This document shows, one piece after another, positions 37,680 through 50,920 of a DNA stretch of 64,000 bases. The notes beneath the pieces are model-generated. The model was not told the DNA's origin. It searched no databases and was given only the letters and a program-made list of their open reading frames with translations. A program made the position numbers and the translations under genes. The DNA lies in contig NW_026943820.1 of NCBI RefSeq assembly GCF_035594765.1, forward strand, positions 18,546,647 to 18,610,646, read 5' to 3'. This stretch comes from Anolis carolinensis. Lineage: Eukaryota. Positions within the stretch are counted from its first letter, which is position 1; each line of letters starts with the position of its first letter.

Positions 37680-38103
37680 CCTGTTTCCCCTAAAATAAGA
37701 CATCCCCAAAAAATAAGACCTAGTAGAGGTTTTGCAGAATTGCTAAATATAAGACCTCCCCCGAAAGTAAGACCTAGCAAAGTTTTTGTTTGGAAGCATG
37801 CCCGGTGCCCACCAAACAAAACACCATAGCATACAGGATTGGTAAATGTACATACCAGTTGTATATGGAAATAATGGTAGTAACAAGAAATTCTTGACAG
37901 AAGTCACAGTATGTCTGGTTTGGTTATATTGGTTTGTGATGACAACTACTGTACAGTATAGAATAAATGTTCATTTTTTTGTTCAACAATAAATGTGAAT
38001 TCTTCTTCATGGAAAAATAAGACATCCCCTGAAAATAGGACCTAGCGCATCTTTGGGAGTAAAAAATAATATAAGACACTGTCTTATTTTCGGGGAAACA
38101 CGA
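37677..38103. mobile_element. Tc1/mariner-type MITE within (TA)n
   Basis: TIR TGTTTCCCC(T/G)AAAATAAGAC; (TA)n tracts on both sides. Confidence 0.8.
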
Positions 38104-38108
38104 TATAT

Positions 38109-38148
<40 letters not shown>

Positions 38149-40128
38149 CATAATTCCCATGGAGTAAACAACAAAACCACTGGACCAAATCACACCAAAT
38201 TTGGCCACAAAAGACATTAGTCATCCAATCAATCTGCATGCGGCAGCGTGTCAGCAAAAATGGCTAGGCGTGTCAGTGCTGACACGCGTGTCATAGATTG
38301 GCCATCACTGGCATATGTTATTACTACCACGAGTACTGTATATCTGGAAAGGAGTAACAGGGATGTCTTGATACTAGATACACCTTTATATCGCCAAACT
38401 ATCTTATTTTCTTTCTGGGGAGAATCTACACTTAGTCCCCTGCATAGCCAAATTCATTATAAAAGCCACCCACCTGAGAGAACTCTATCTCACAATATGG
38501 GGTCCCTTATCATGGTGATGAATTTTCCTAAATTTTCCGATTGATTCTTTCACACTCTTTAATCCTCTTTTTTAATCAAACTTGTTTAATCAAGTTTTAC
38601 TGTGTTTTAATTTATTTTAGTTAACAATTACAGGAGTTTTAGAATGTGATTAGTGTCTATTTGTCTGTTTATTTTTGTTTTTTGTCTTTTATTGTTGGAC
38701 TAATCAATAAACAGATCTATCTATATACACCTTTATGGAGTTTGGTAATGTCTTATGGTCATACACTTTTTTATTTTAGGTTAGGAATAAGCACTCAGGA
38801 ACTTGAGAAAAGGTATTACTTTTATTCTGTTTATACTTTTATTCTGTTTATTCTTATTCTATTCACAAGAGAAGAGAGTTGCTAGAAAGATGACAACACA
38901 AAGGCAAAGTGTTAATATTGGATAATCAGTTTTGATGTTGTTGGAATGATGGCTGATTTACAAGCTACTGTGGCAGTACCTCTTTAATTAAACAGTTTAT
39001 ACCTTCCCCCTAGTTACTTAGAGCAGGGGTGAGGAGTGTGTTACTTACACAGATGTTCTCAAAATGCTTCTCCATAGGTTATGCTGTCTGAATGTGGTAA
39101 TAACATTTGGAAGTTCACAGCATCCCCTCCCTTAATATAGACAGTTCCCAGATTATGAGACACAAGAACACTTTGTCTTGGCTGACTGCAGAGCTGCATA
39201 ACTGCAATGTTAAACTAATGCTATGTTTCAGATCTATATCTGAACAGTCTGTCAATGTATTTGGTACAGCAGACATATTCTGCTATTGAAATGGGGCTTC
39301 TACTGAATCCTATTGCTCTTCTCACTATCCTATCTTCAGTACAGGACTAAACTTTCAATATTCTGGTTGGTAAACTGGTGGTAAAATACAATCTGCAGTT
39401 TCAGACACAATGAGAAATTCTCGTTTAAACAAACCAGGATCTACATGCATGAGAATGAGGAAGAGGGTGAAGGAGGGCATAGACTTCAAATTCATTCCTG
39501 ACTTCTCAAAGCATTAGGCAGTGTTATTTCCAAGGCCACGCAAAGTCTGCTATTTAACATGAAGTTCAAGAATTTGTCATTGTGTGACAATCATCAGCAT
39601 AGCAAAATGGACAGTTTTCCCTAACCTAATTGCAACACACTAGCTGAGGATGGTGGGAGTTATAGTCCAACATATACTGAGGCCAAAGTTGAAAAAAAAC
39701 TGAAATAAGATGCCTGCTTCGAGCCATTGGTTCTCTTTCATCAGATGAAGGTAGCTTGATTGGGTCAAAAGGCCAGTCCTTTGTGATCTGATGAAATGTC
39801 TTCCCAGTCACCCTCCGCTGTCACCATATTTGGCTGTAGGAGTAGCAAAATAAAACAAACTCAAAAGTATTTTGCTTGAAAGAGAATTATGCTTCCAGAA
39901 GGCCTTTCAGAGAATTTATGTCTTTCCAACAGGGATACAATGAAGCATGTAGACTTTGACAGGTTGTTGGTGGTTGCTGCTAACATTCCTTACTTTGGGC
40001 TATTTGGGATAGGCCTACTGCAAGATGGTTTCCATGGGGCAAAGGTTTTGTGCTATAGTGGTGTTAACGCTCTCATGTTCGGAATGTCCTTCTCAGTAGC
40101 ACTGCCAATTCTTCTTGCCATTATTTAG

Positions 40129-40234
40129 GGTCTCATTTCGACAGTCCCTCCAGACTTTAAAAAGCCAAAAAAGTATTCCTGCCTTGAATGCATCATCTCA
40201 GAAGGTATCACTCCTGAAGAAACAGAAAACTCTG
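40129..40234 (+). CDS. TSNAXIP1: TSNAXIP1 exon 2
   Basis: VSFRQSLQTLKSQKSIPALNASSQKVSLLKKQKTL; TAG acceptor, GTGAGT donor; phase-compatible with both neighbours. Confidence 0.75.
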
Positions 40235-41329
40235 GTGAGTGGAGCAGTGCCAGCAAATCGAAGCTTCTGCCTAATCAGAGACAGGCGCATTGGATCTTGG
40301 TAGCCTTCTATAATTTGGGCAGCTTCTGTGATCAAAGGCCTAGGCAAGAGGATGCCATTTCAGTTTTAATTTTGAGTATGTATTTTAAACACTGTTTTCA
40401 ATAACATTTTGATTTGTTTTAAAATAATGTATTTACAAATATTAATGTGTTGTATACCACTTGGGTCTGAAAGGCAAGACATACTTAAATAAACACATAA
40501 TAATAAGGTATGAAATCTTAGAATTATAGAGTTATAATATTGAGATATCCCCCTTTTGATCCAGGTTGGTTCTCATAACTGAGAATACTCTCAAATTAAT
40601 CTATGAAATTATCTCACTGCAATTTGGAGATCAAGGATCACAAAAAGCACAACCACTAAATTTTGGCAAGCATGTGACACTCAAGGTGGTTTTCTTGTAT
40701 GAAGGTGAACACATTCTGGGAAATAATAATTGCTGTTATCGCAGACATCATTAAACAAGCTAATGTAGTTTTCCCTGCCCTTGTTCTGTTGTCAATATTT
40801 CTGGCTAGAAATAAGCACCTTCAACATTAATCATTGCTATGCTTTCCAACATCAGCCACCAGGATAGAAATTGTGGAAAGGAAAGGAAAACAGGAGCCTT
40901 CTTCCTAGATGACTTGTGGTCTGTGATCCTTTACTATTTGAATGAGATTTTCCTGCTTCTTGGCAGGGGGTTGGACTGGATGGCCCATGAGGTCTCTTCC
41001 AACTCTGATTCTATGATTCTATGAAACATTATCAGATGAATCACAGGCCTCACCCAACCTCTTTAACAAAATTCCTTTATTGAAAAGTGGATTCCCTCAT
41101 ATAATACATAAATTAGAGCATGGTGCACAGTACCACTAGCCCACTACTTAAATCTCTTGAAAGATGTCACATCTGATTCCTCTTTTTTGTATGCTTTTCT
41201 AAATATATTTAATGAAGGCTTTTTGTTATCTTCATTATTCTGTAGATGGCATTTGTGTTAACTTTATTCTTTTTTTCACTCTGTTTACACTACACTTAAT
41301 AAAACCAATAAAACATTAACAATTAAAAC

Positions 41330-41586
41330 AGTACAGCAATGAGTTAAACCCTTGTGCTGTCGGGACTGCTGACCAAAAGGTTGGCGGCTTGAATCCGGGG
41401 AGCGGGGTAAGCTCCCATCTGTCAGCTCCAGCTTCCCATGCGGGAACATGAGAGAAGTCTCTCACAGGATGGTAAAACATCAAACATCTCGGTGTTCCCT
41501 GGACACCGTCTTTGCAGACAGCCAATTGTCTCACACCAGAAACGACTTGCAGTTTCTCAAGTTGCTCCTGACATGGAAAAAAAAAA
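41330..41586 (+). mobile_element. tRNA-derived SINE, 5' end eroded, with A-tail
   Basis: B-box-like GGCTTGAATCC; ends GTTGCTCCTGACATGG(A)n. Confidence 0.75.
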
Positions 41587-42007
41587 CCAAAGATCTCCCC
41601 CTAAATCTGACCTTTTAGTTAATTTAACCCTATATTCTTGAATCAGACCTATAGGAGCTCCCTGTGGTTTCAAGCACGATATTTCCTATTTCTACTAGGA
41701 GGTTCCTGGCATTTTCCCGTTGTCTCCCATCCAAATACTCACTACAAACAATACTGTTTAGCTTCTCTAATTAAAAAAAAAACTGGGTATGTGCAGGTTT
41801 GTGAACTCAACCCTGGTACAGGAGCAAAGAAGCATGAGAAAATAAATGAAAGGGGGTGGGAGAAATCCTGCTCCCATATTTTGAAGACTTCCAGATGTGT
41901 AGGTTGCAAGTGGGGTGGTAGTGATCAGATGGAACTTTGTGAAGGGATTATACAAAAGACCAAAAAACAATAGCAAAAAACTTCATTTTTCTCTCCTTAA
42001 TGTTTAG

Positions 42008-42105
42008 GGTCGTTCTAGCAGCCAGTTGTCTTCATGGCCTTCGTATGCCCCGGGACAAGTGATCCTGCAGAACCGAAAACCTTGTACTCTTCCTGAATGG
42101 CAACG
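42008..42105 (+). CDS. TSNAXIP1: TSNAXIP1 exon 3
   Basis: GRSSSQLSSWPSYAPGQVILQNRKPC resembles mammalian LSPWPTYTSGQTILQNRKPC; TAG acceptor, GTATG donor. Confidence 0.9.
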
Positions 42106-43107
42106 GTATGTGTGAAAATAAGATTTTAATGATTGCACTAAAATCTTGCAAGCTCAGGGATGTGGCTTTCTGAGGCAATTTATCTGAGCAAGGCTATCAG
42201 TGACCATGGCTGTTGGAGGTCTCTCAAGTCAAAAGATCACCATAAGTCAAAAGCTGTCTGTATGGCAAATAACAACAATAAGCTGTATGTCCAACCATTC
42301 TCTTTGTCCATCTAGACCAGAACTTTCTAAACTGTGTGTTACAACACATTGATCTGTTGACTGCGATGTGTAGGTATGCCACATGAACGTAATGAGAAAG
42401 CTCTGAATTTATGTAGAATATGCAATACCAACTTGCATATGTATTTTTATGCAGCAAAGGTGCCGATTAGTATTGGTAACATTATTAATGTTAGTATTAG
42501 TAACATGCTGTTACTCATAAATGACAGACATTTTGGACATTTGATATTATTTTACAAATTGTATATTTTAAAAATAAACATGAAATTTTTTTGTAAGATA
42601 TGTTGTGTCCCTGTACATATTGTTGTTACAATTTACGTATGTGTCCATATCGCTTATAATGGGTTGGTTGAACCTCTGGTTTGGTAGTCAAATTGAATGA
42701 TTGTGTTGCGAAATGCTGCTTGTCTAGAAAGTGACTCGCCAACATGAAATGTTTGGAAAACTCTGATCTAGACAGCGCTGTTTATTCTGGATTTGCAAGT
42801 CCTTGAGCAGGGAAGGTTTTCTGTTCTCTGCTTATGAGATGCTATGACTGAAGTTGGGGTTGCCATGCACAGCATGTGCTCTGTCACCAAATTAGCTCTA
42901 TCCCAGCCTGCCATAGTAGACAGCTGATATTTCCTTATTTTGTTTGAAAGGGGGAATATGATTTACATATTATGCTTCAGAACATGCTAGCCAATCTCAC
43001 CTCTATGAGTGTTACAACTAAATTTTCTTGCTGAAATAGTGATATTTTGGTAAAGATGCTAAAATTAAACTGTGAAATAAGTGGCGTATTATTTAATTAT
43101 ATTTCAG

Positions 43108-43237
43108 CACCACTAAAGATACCATATCTAGTTCTATTGCAAAGCCACGCTACCTTGAAGAACTGGAATGCTATCTGTGGAAAGAGCTGCAAGTTCTGGA
43201 TCTTACTAAAGGGAAAGTTCAGGAACTGAAGCTTCAG
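43108..43237 (+). CDS. TSNAXIP1: TSNAXIP1 exon 4
   Basis: AKPRYLEELECYLWKELQVLDLTKGKVQELKLQ; CAG acceptor, GTCTGA donor. Confidence 0.92.
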
Positions 43238-44648
43238 GTCTGAGCACTGAATGTCTGTAAAACAAGTATTTATTACTATTAATAAGGGATGAGGAATGTG
43301 TTTGTTGGGCTCTTCTCTCATTGCTTCTCTTCATTAGTTGTGCTTATGTAGGGATTTTGGAAACTGGTATAAAAAGTAACATTAGCAAGTCCTGGATAAT
43401 GTTCATATCTCATTTTCCAGCTTTCTTGAGATGGTTCCTAGCAAATTACCTTTAGAAGATCCACACTTCTTTCAGAAACAGACAGGGCTTTCTGAGCAGT
43501 GCTGCATACTTGCTGAACCCAGTACCTTTTTAATTTCTAATGTGGAAATTACTAACTGTGGGACTCACATTAACTTTGTGTATGAGGAGCTTCTTCACAT
43601 CTTGGGCAAGTAATCTGTCAGCAAGGGCTCATACCAGAGGAGACAAGTGTGGTGGGAGGTTGTTGTTTTTAAAAGATTTTTTTCCCCCTGCCATTTCATG
43701 ACACTTCCTGGCACCTCCTGAACTTTTAAAATTCATACCCAGAACTGGGTTTATTTTTAAATCCTAAAGATATCAGAAGAAAAACAGTGCCTCTTGTTCT
43801 ACAAGGGCCAACCAGTCCCACACTTGGGCCCCGTGTTTCAGAACCACTAGTTGGTACCAAAATCTATGGCTCTTCAACTCTGATTATATACAATCACACA
43901 GTAAAATCATGTCCTTTATTTAAACAGGGTTCAATTATAATGGGATGTCTCTTTTAGTCCTGTATTGTTTGTAACTTGTAGTCTATGCTTTTAAATTAAT
44001 GGTTTATATTAATTTGATTCCAGATATAGTTTCATATTATTTTATTCTTAACTTTTTGTATATTATAAGGATATTTGGTTATACATGTATCTCTTTTTTA
44101 TTCTATAAATCACCTTGAGTTCCCCTTTTGAGCAGAAAATAGGAGAGAAATAAAAGTGACTGAATGACTGATTGATTGATTCAAAGAGCTCTGTTGCAAC
44201 TCCAAAAAATTATTACAACCTGCTTCCAAAAGAATAGAGTGAGTAGATGTGGAAGAAATGTCGCCTAGCAAAAGTCAATAAAATTCAAGGAGCTGTCCTG
44301 CTATACATCACACCTCTTTAAACCAATCTGGAATAGCCCAAGATACGGTAATTTGATATACTGTTGGCCTGCATACTGTTGGCCTGCATACCCTGAGTCC
44401 CTTCGGGTGAGAAGGGCAGCATAGAAATGATGGAAATAAATAAAATAAAATAAATAGGAGTGCAGAATCCTTGTGTGATACACAGGCCTACTGTACATTC
44501 TTTCTGTGCAGGGGAGAGGGATTATTGAATATCCATTTGCTGTGATAGTTGTAATAATAGTGCTAGTAGTCAAGTCTAAAACATACAACTAGCAGAGTGG
44601 AGTAGTACTAAATTTGTTATCTCTCATTTTCCTTTTCCACCACTCCAG

Positions 44649-44742
44649 CCTTACAAAGAAGTATTTGAATTCTTCATGGAAGAGTTTAAAACATACAAGC
44701 CTTTATTGGCTTCCATCAAGAATGAGTATGACCTAACTATAG
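44649..44742 (+). CDS. TSNAXIP1: TSNAXIP1 exon 5
   Basis: PYKEVFEFFMEEFKTYKPLLASIKNEYD; CAG acceptor, GTAAG donor. Confidence 0.95.
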
Positions 44743-45777
44743 GTAAGAGATGCTGCCATATCAAATATAATAGTTATTCTGAATGAGCCAATCTGCACAT
44801 CAAACTCAGGTGCCAAACAATATCCACTGGTAAAAATTATTAAGCAAAGTGCTGATCAAATCTGGCATAGCTAAGAAAAGAAACATTTGTCTTTGAATTC
44901 AGGTGGGAGAAGCTTTAGGCTTCGTTTTGGATTTAAACTCCCATTAGTCCTAGTTAGCAAGTGGAGTGGGAAGAAATTGTGAGAGTTATAGCCTAGAAGC
45001 CCTGGAAGGCCAAGGAATCCCCACTCCTATTTTAAATATGACACAAAATAGTCATGAATGAATGAGTTCTGTAGCATTGTCTTTCCTAGACTCAAAAGTC
45101 TAATTCAACTTAAATTGACCAAAAACTGATCTGATTCTTCCCAGTTTAAAAGAATGAGAGGACAACATATGTTTACATGAAATCAGTTTATCCTTTAAGC
45201 GATTTTTCATTTCACATATGGTCTCATAGAATAATATCCATCATACAGTATGTCAGGGCACTCTTTCTTTTTAATTCCTCAACATAAAATTCTGGCTCAG
45301 CAAACAATGTGTGCATCATATCAGGGCTCCAAATGATCCGAGTAAAGATCCATTGTGATCAATAAGTGATAGATGCAGACACCTTTTCCAGATTAAGTTG
45401 GCATACTAAGCATCTAATATAAGGAGTCACCCAAGCTTCCTTAGTGGAACCTAAGTGGGCATTCAAAATGCTAGTTTTAAAGACCAAATCTCATTTAACC
45501 AAGCCTTTACATTAGTGCTCACAGTGTTACTTTTTTGGGACTATAGTTCCCAGAATCCCTCAGGAGAACTAGTAGTTCTGTTGTCTGAGGAATAATTAGA
45601 TCTGTAGTCCAGGAAAGTATTTTTCTCGATTCTGGAAAGTACAAATTCTCTGTTAATTCTCTGCAGTCAACTCCCAAGTGTGTGTGAGTTTTGCAAGGCA
45701 ATGCATTGCAGCAGCAGACCCCAGAAAAGAAGGCCTTTTGAAAGATCAATATATCTTTTTGTCACTTTATAAAGCCA

Positions 45778-46119
45778 CTAGCTGTGCCCGGCCACGCGTT
45801 GCTGTGGCATTGTCTGGTGATGTCTGTATTTTATAGGCAGTGTGGAAGAGGCCTAGGTGAGGCCTAACTTTGCCTGTCCCCTGGGCTGAGTAGGTTGCTA
45901 GGAGACAAGTGGGCAGAGCTTAGCCTTCTAACTGGCAGCAATTGGATAAAAACAATTATTCCTCTCCCTCTAATTAGGACTTTATTTTTCTTTTCTTTTT
46001 GTTGTATCAACCTAGAGGCATGGATGAGGGGTTGTGCTATCAATTTTTGAGGTTGTGCGGTGTTTAGTTTTGTTGTTTTGTCGGTCGCCAGGATTCCATC
46101 ACTCTTTTATATATATAGA
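45778..46119 (-). mobile_element. Non-autonomous Helitron
   Basis: Minus strand A|TCTATATATATAAAA...GCCAC-AGCAACGC-GTGGC hairpin...CTAG|T. Confidence 0.8.
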
Positions 46120-46168
46120 TATTCAGAAATCTTTAATAACTTGAGAACTTTCTTTTTACGATTTGTAG

Positions 46169-46365
46169 CACATCTTCAGGAAAAGCTCCACTCCTTGGAA
46201 GCCGTGAATGCTGTCCTGGTCACAGCCTCCGATCAATTCACCCAACAAATCCTGGCAATACAGAAGCAAGAGAAAATTGAAATAACCACATTGAAGAAGG
46301 AGAGACTCTACTTGCTAGAACTCATTGACCAAATGAGGGAAGAGAAGAGTTCTCTGGAGATGCAG
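46169..46365 (+). CDS. TSNAXIP1: TSNAXIP1 exon 6 (coiled coil)
   Basis: HLQEKLHSLE...EITTLKKERLYLLELIDQMREEKSSLEMQ; TAG acceptor, GTGAC donor. Confidence 0.93.
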
Positions 46366-46847
46366 GTGACACACTGATCTGCCTGTCTATTGCATAACCG
46401 ATCCTCAGAAACATAGTTTTAGAGCCCTGTTTCCCAGTGTGAGACACATGCCCCACAGGGGAGCAATTTTATTTTTAAGGGGGGCAATTTGAGAAAGAGT
46501 TATTAATAGCTAATTGTTTTGCATTTCTTATGGTTTTAGGGGCCTCATATACAGTATATAAATATGTATTGCGACATACACATTTTGAAAATTAAAATCA
46601 GAATGTATGAGGCAGTCCGCTTGTGACAATGGAAAAGGAAAAGCCTGCTCATAGAGAGGAAGGAGTGGGGAGAGAATGAACTAGAGAGAGAATGAGCACA
46701 GAAAGGGGAGGCGCCTTTCATTTCAAGCACCCCACTTCTCTCAGTGTCCTGTTGACATGACACAACAAGCTACCCAAGATATATTACAAATATTTTTGTT
46801 CTGCATATGAATGTAGTAAAAAAATCTGTGAAAAAATCCAAAGCATA

Positions 46848-47700
46848 GGGTTGATGTGAGTTTTCCGGGCTGTATAGCCATGTTCCAGAAGCATTTTCTC
46901 CTGACATTTTGCCCACATTTCTGGCAGGCATCCTCAGAAGTTGTGAGGTCTGTTGGAAACTAGGCCAGTGGGATTTATATATCTGCGGAATGTCCAGGGT
47001 GGGAGAAAGAACTCTTGTCTGTTTGAGGCAAGTGTGAATGTTGCAATTAATCACCTTGATTAGCATTGAAAAACTTTGCAGCTTCAAATCCTGGCTGCTT
47101 CCTGTCTGGGGAGATCCTTTGTTGGGAGGCATTAGCTGGCCCTGATTGTTTCATGTCTAGAATTCTCCTGTTTTCAGAGTGTTGTTCTTTATTTACTGTC
47201 CTGGTTTTAGAGGTTTTTTTAAATACTGGTAGCCAGATTTTGTTCCTTTTCATTGTTTCCTCCTTTCTGTTGAAATTGTCCCCATGCTTGTAGATTTCAG
47301 TGGCTTCTCTGTGTAGTGTGACATGGTGGTTGTTAGAGTGGTCCAGCATTTCTGTGTTCTCAAATAATATGCTGTGTTCAGGTTGGTTCGTCAAGTTCTC
47401 TGCTGTGGCTGACTTCTCTGGTTGAGTTAGTCTGCAGTGCCATTCGTGTTCCTTGATTCGTATCTGGGCAATGCTGTATGGTATACAATAGACTCCTGCA
47501 GAGGTGAGAGGATCCCTCTTGTCCTTTGCTAAAAGTCCCCTGCCTATAAACCTCCCTTGCCTAGTTTCAAGTATACCTTACAACCTCTGAGGATGCCTGC
47601 CATAGATACAGGCGAAACATCAGGAGAGAATGCTTCTGGAACATGGCCTTACAGCCCGGAAAACTTACAGCAACACAGTGATTCCAACCATGAAAGCATT
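46848..47700 (-). mobile_element. Penelope-like element with an inverted terminal segment
   Basis: NQPEHSILFENTEMLDHSNNHHVTLHREATEIYKH on the minus strand; inverted terminal copy at about 47545-47700 with a near-intact hammerhead at 47584-47624. Confidence 0.88.
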
Positions 47701-48308
47701 CGGCAAAAAATTCAAACCATACCTTATTTTCATAGGTAAGTCAATATTTAATATGAAAAAAATGTATCAGCTGTAAGAATATTAATTTCAGGTAGCAGGA
47801 TATTGTTTCAGATTCTCACAAAATACAGTGAAGTTGGACACTGAAGTTACCCTGAGTTTCATGCAGACGACGCAAATCAATTTGTTATTTTATTTTAATC
47901 TTCCATTGATGCCATGTTTTTAGGAAGCTTGTTTAGAGCAAGTTAATGGCCCTAGTTTCTTCCACATGAATAAAGAAGAGTTAACTTTTTGAATAATAAT
48001 AATTATATGGCATGAGGGAGAAGGGGGGTATCAGGATTTTAGAGGCTTAGGTGGGGCATGGCCAGAAAAAGGTTGGGGAGCACTTTTTTATACCCTTCTG
48101 AATGCAATTGTCATTTTATGAGACAGTGTGAGGTCACGATTCTTCCATAATTTCCATACTGAAAGCTCTACAAGTATGCAATCAATGGCATGGCATCATA
48201 CATTGTTATTACAGAAATCGGTGCTCCTTGTTTAGTTTCCTGAGCCCATCAAAAGGCACTTCTTTTGGAGATTCAGTAATGTTGAAGTGCTTTTTTTCTC
48301 TGTAGAGG

Positions 48309-49255
48309 TGTCACGACCCAGGCTGCAGAGCACCAATAACCAAACACAGAGGCCAGAGTCTATCTAATATCTTTATTAAGGAAATATATAAAGTTAATAA
48401 AAGCAAGTGTAGGAAATAGTTCAGAAGTAGACCTTTCAGGAAAGGTCAAAATTAATCCAAAGAAACAATGTCCAATATGAAATATTAAGGTCCAAAGTTG
48501 TAATCCAATAACCGAAACACCCACTTTGCCAAGCAAAGTGAGGGGAGATGACAAGGTTCTTAGTCCAAGGAACTTGATGTAAGGCTAGGAAGTAAACTTG
48601 ATTCTTGGAACACAAGGCTTGATACAAGGCAACAAGGTACGAGGAACAGGGACAAGATCCGTGGTAAATACTTGGCAAGGTCCTGGAAAGCAAGGCAAGG
48701 TCCGTGAAGCAAAACAAGGCTGGGAACGTGAACGAAGGCTTGGAAACAGGAACGAAGGCTTGGAAACGGGAACGAAGGCTTGGAAACGGGAGTAGCGCTG
48801 TCCACACACAACCTACTCCAGTTGCTGACGAATTGACTCCGCAAAATTCCTTCAGGGCAAGGAACCTAAATAGGGTCCCGTTCCCACCAAAGAACACTTC
48901 TCTGGGGAACCAGAACCGAAAGTCAATCTCTGTGTCCAGATGCATGACTCCCTAAAGGTTCTCATGAAAGCAGTCTTAATCAGCTGAATGCCTGGCTGCG
49001 ATTCTCAGGCTTCTGCGATTAGCCTGTTGAACTCCTTTTTGTTGTTGATAATAACTACGGCGAGAAAATGGGGGAGATTTTGACTCAGGGCTTGTTTGGC
49101 AGATTTCTGGAAGACAATCCTCCTGCAGGTGCAAGGACTCCAGTTCTGGCTGGGAAAGTTCCAATTCTGGCTGAAATGGTGGAAAACCCAAGTTTTCCTC
49201 TTCATCTGCCACAACAGCGCTAGGAACGGGACTACATGGCCCATGAGTCATCACA
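48309..49255 (-). mobile_element. Solo LTR, family A copy 3 (947 bp)
   Basis: TG...CA termini, TSD AGAGG (48304-48308 and 49256-49260), AATAAA at 48372-48377 on the minus strand, three 20-bp tandem repeats at 48731-48790. Confidence 0.92.
48976..49251 (-). CDS. LTR family A U3 ORF, 91 aa, ending RRSLRIAARHSAD
   Basis: Intact and collinear with copy 1. Confidence 0.6.
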   Translation of the reverse strand: MTHGPCSPVPSAVVADEEENLGFPPFQPELELSQPELESLHLQEDCLPEICQTSPESKSPPFSRRSYYQQQKGVQQANRRSLRIAARHSAD

Positions 49256-49330
49256 AGAGGCCACAGCCCGTGGCAAGCTGAGTTTGTTACATCTCATGAT
49301 TGGTGGTCTTCTCTCTGTTACATGGCACAG

Positions 49331-49466
49331 GTGTATAAAATGCGAAAGGCAGTGGCAGAAGAATACCTCCGGTATCTGAATGAGTGTGATGCACGCAAAA
49401 TGCTGATTATAGATCTTAATGAAATATACCGTCTGAAGGAAGAAATGAAGCTCACCAAGGTCCAAG
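49331..49466 (+). CDS. TSNAXIP1: TSNAXIP1 exon 7
   Basis: VYKMRKAVAEEYLRYLNECDARKMLIIDLNE...; CAG acceptor, GTAAA donor. Confidence 0.94.
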
Positions 49467-50196
49467 GTAAAATACATTTTCCCCAGTTAAAGCCATGTTG
49501 GTTGAGGGATTTGGGAAGTTATAGTCCTGAAAATAACTTTTCCAAGTTTGGCACCAGTGACCAGCATCTAATAGCAAGGAGAAATCCTGTCTCTCTCACA
49601 CATTATATACAAATGTGTACATTTTGTACATGGAACTGAAATCGCATATCTTCTATCTGCAGTCAGCCCTCGTCGCTTGCGGGATTAGGGCATAGGGCCC
49701 CCATGAAAATACAGTAGTTAGCAATTGTTTATTAATGCTTAGGCCATAAGTCATTTGCATAAATAGATACAATATATAGTTTAAGCAGCTGAGGGGGAAA
49801 AGGAAAGGGCCTAAGGCTGTTAGGAATGGTGGGAGTTGAAGTTCAAAACACTTGGAGGGCCGGAGTTGGCCCATGCCTGCTCTAGCATGACTGAAGAAAG
49901 TTGGCATTAGTCACAGGGGAGAACCTATAGACTCCTAGAGAGAACATTTTTACCAAATCTGTGAATAATCAAATCTGTAAAAACCAAAACATCAAATGTA
50001 GAGGGATGACAGTACACGCTGACCAGACCCAGCTTTGTCTAGCTTCAAACCTTTTTATTCAGCGAGGCTTTTAAAGAAGGAGATTTTTAAGATCAAGTCG
50101 GGGTGCTGTGGTTTTAGCTTTGAATACATTTTAAGTAAGTTTTTAAGAATTTTAACTGTTATTTTTTATTAATACAACTGATGTTTAATTCTGTGT

Positions 50197-50920
50197 GTTG
50201 TCAAAGGCTTTCATGGCCAGAATCACTAGGTTGCTGTGAGTTTTCTGGGCTGTATGGCCATGTTCCAGAAGCATTCTCTCATGACGTTTCACCCACATCT
50301 ATGGAAGGCATCCATAGAACATCCAAGGAACATGAAAGGCACTGCAGACTAATTCAGCCAGAGAAGTCAGCCATAGCTGAGCAATTGATGAACCAACCTG
50401 AACACAGCATATTATTTGAGAACACAGAAATGCTGGACCACTCTGACAACCACCATGTCAGACTACTCAGAGAGGCCAATGAAATAATGTGGACAATTTC
50501 AACAGAAAGGAGGAAACCATAAAAATGAACAAAATCTGGCTATCAGTATTAAAAAACCCTCTAAAATCAGGACAGTAAGTAAAGAGCAACTCTCAGAAAC
50601 CAGAAGAATTCCAGACAGAAAAACAATCGGGCCAACTAACACTTTCCAACAAAGGATTCCCTCAGGCAGGAAGCAGCAAGTCTTTCAATCTGCAAGGCTA
50701 TTAAATGCCAATCAAAGTGATCAATTGCAACATTCACACTTGCCTCCAACAGACAAGAGTTCTGTCTCCCAACTTGGATTTTCCACATCTATATAAACCC
50801 CATTTTCCTAGTTTCCAACAGACCTCACACCTTCGAGGATGCCTGCTATAGATGTGGGTGAAATTTCAGGAGAGAATGCTTCTGGAACATGGCCATATAG
50901 CCCGGAAAACTCAAAACAAC
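50197..50920 (+). mobile_element. Penelope-like element with an inverted 5' segment
   Basis: KEHERHCRLIQPEKSAIAEQLMNQPEHSILFENTEMLDHS; flanked by a direct repeat CTGATGTTTAATTC(T/C)GT. Confidence 0.88.
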
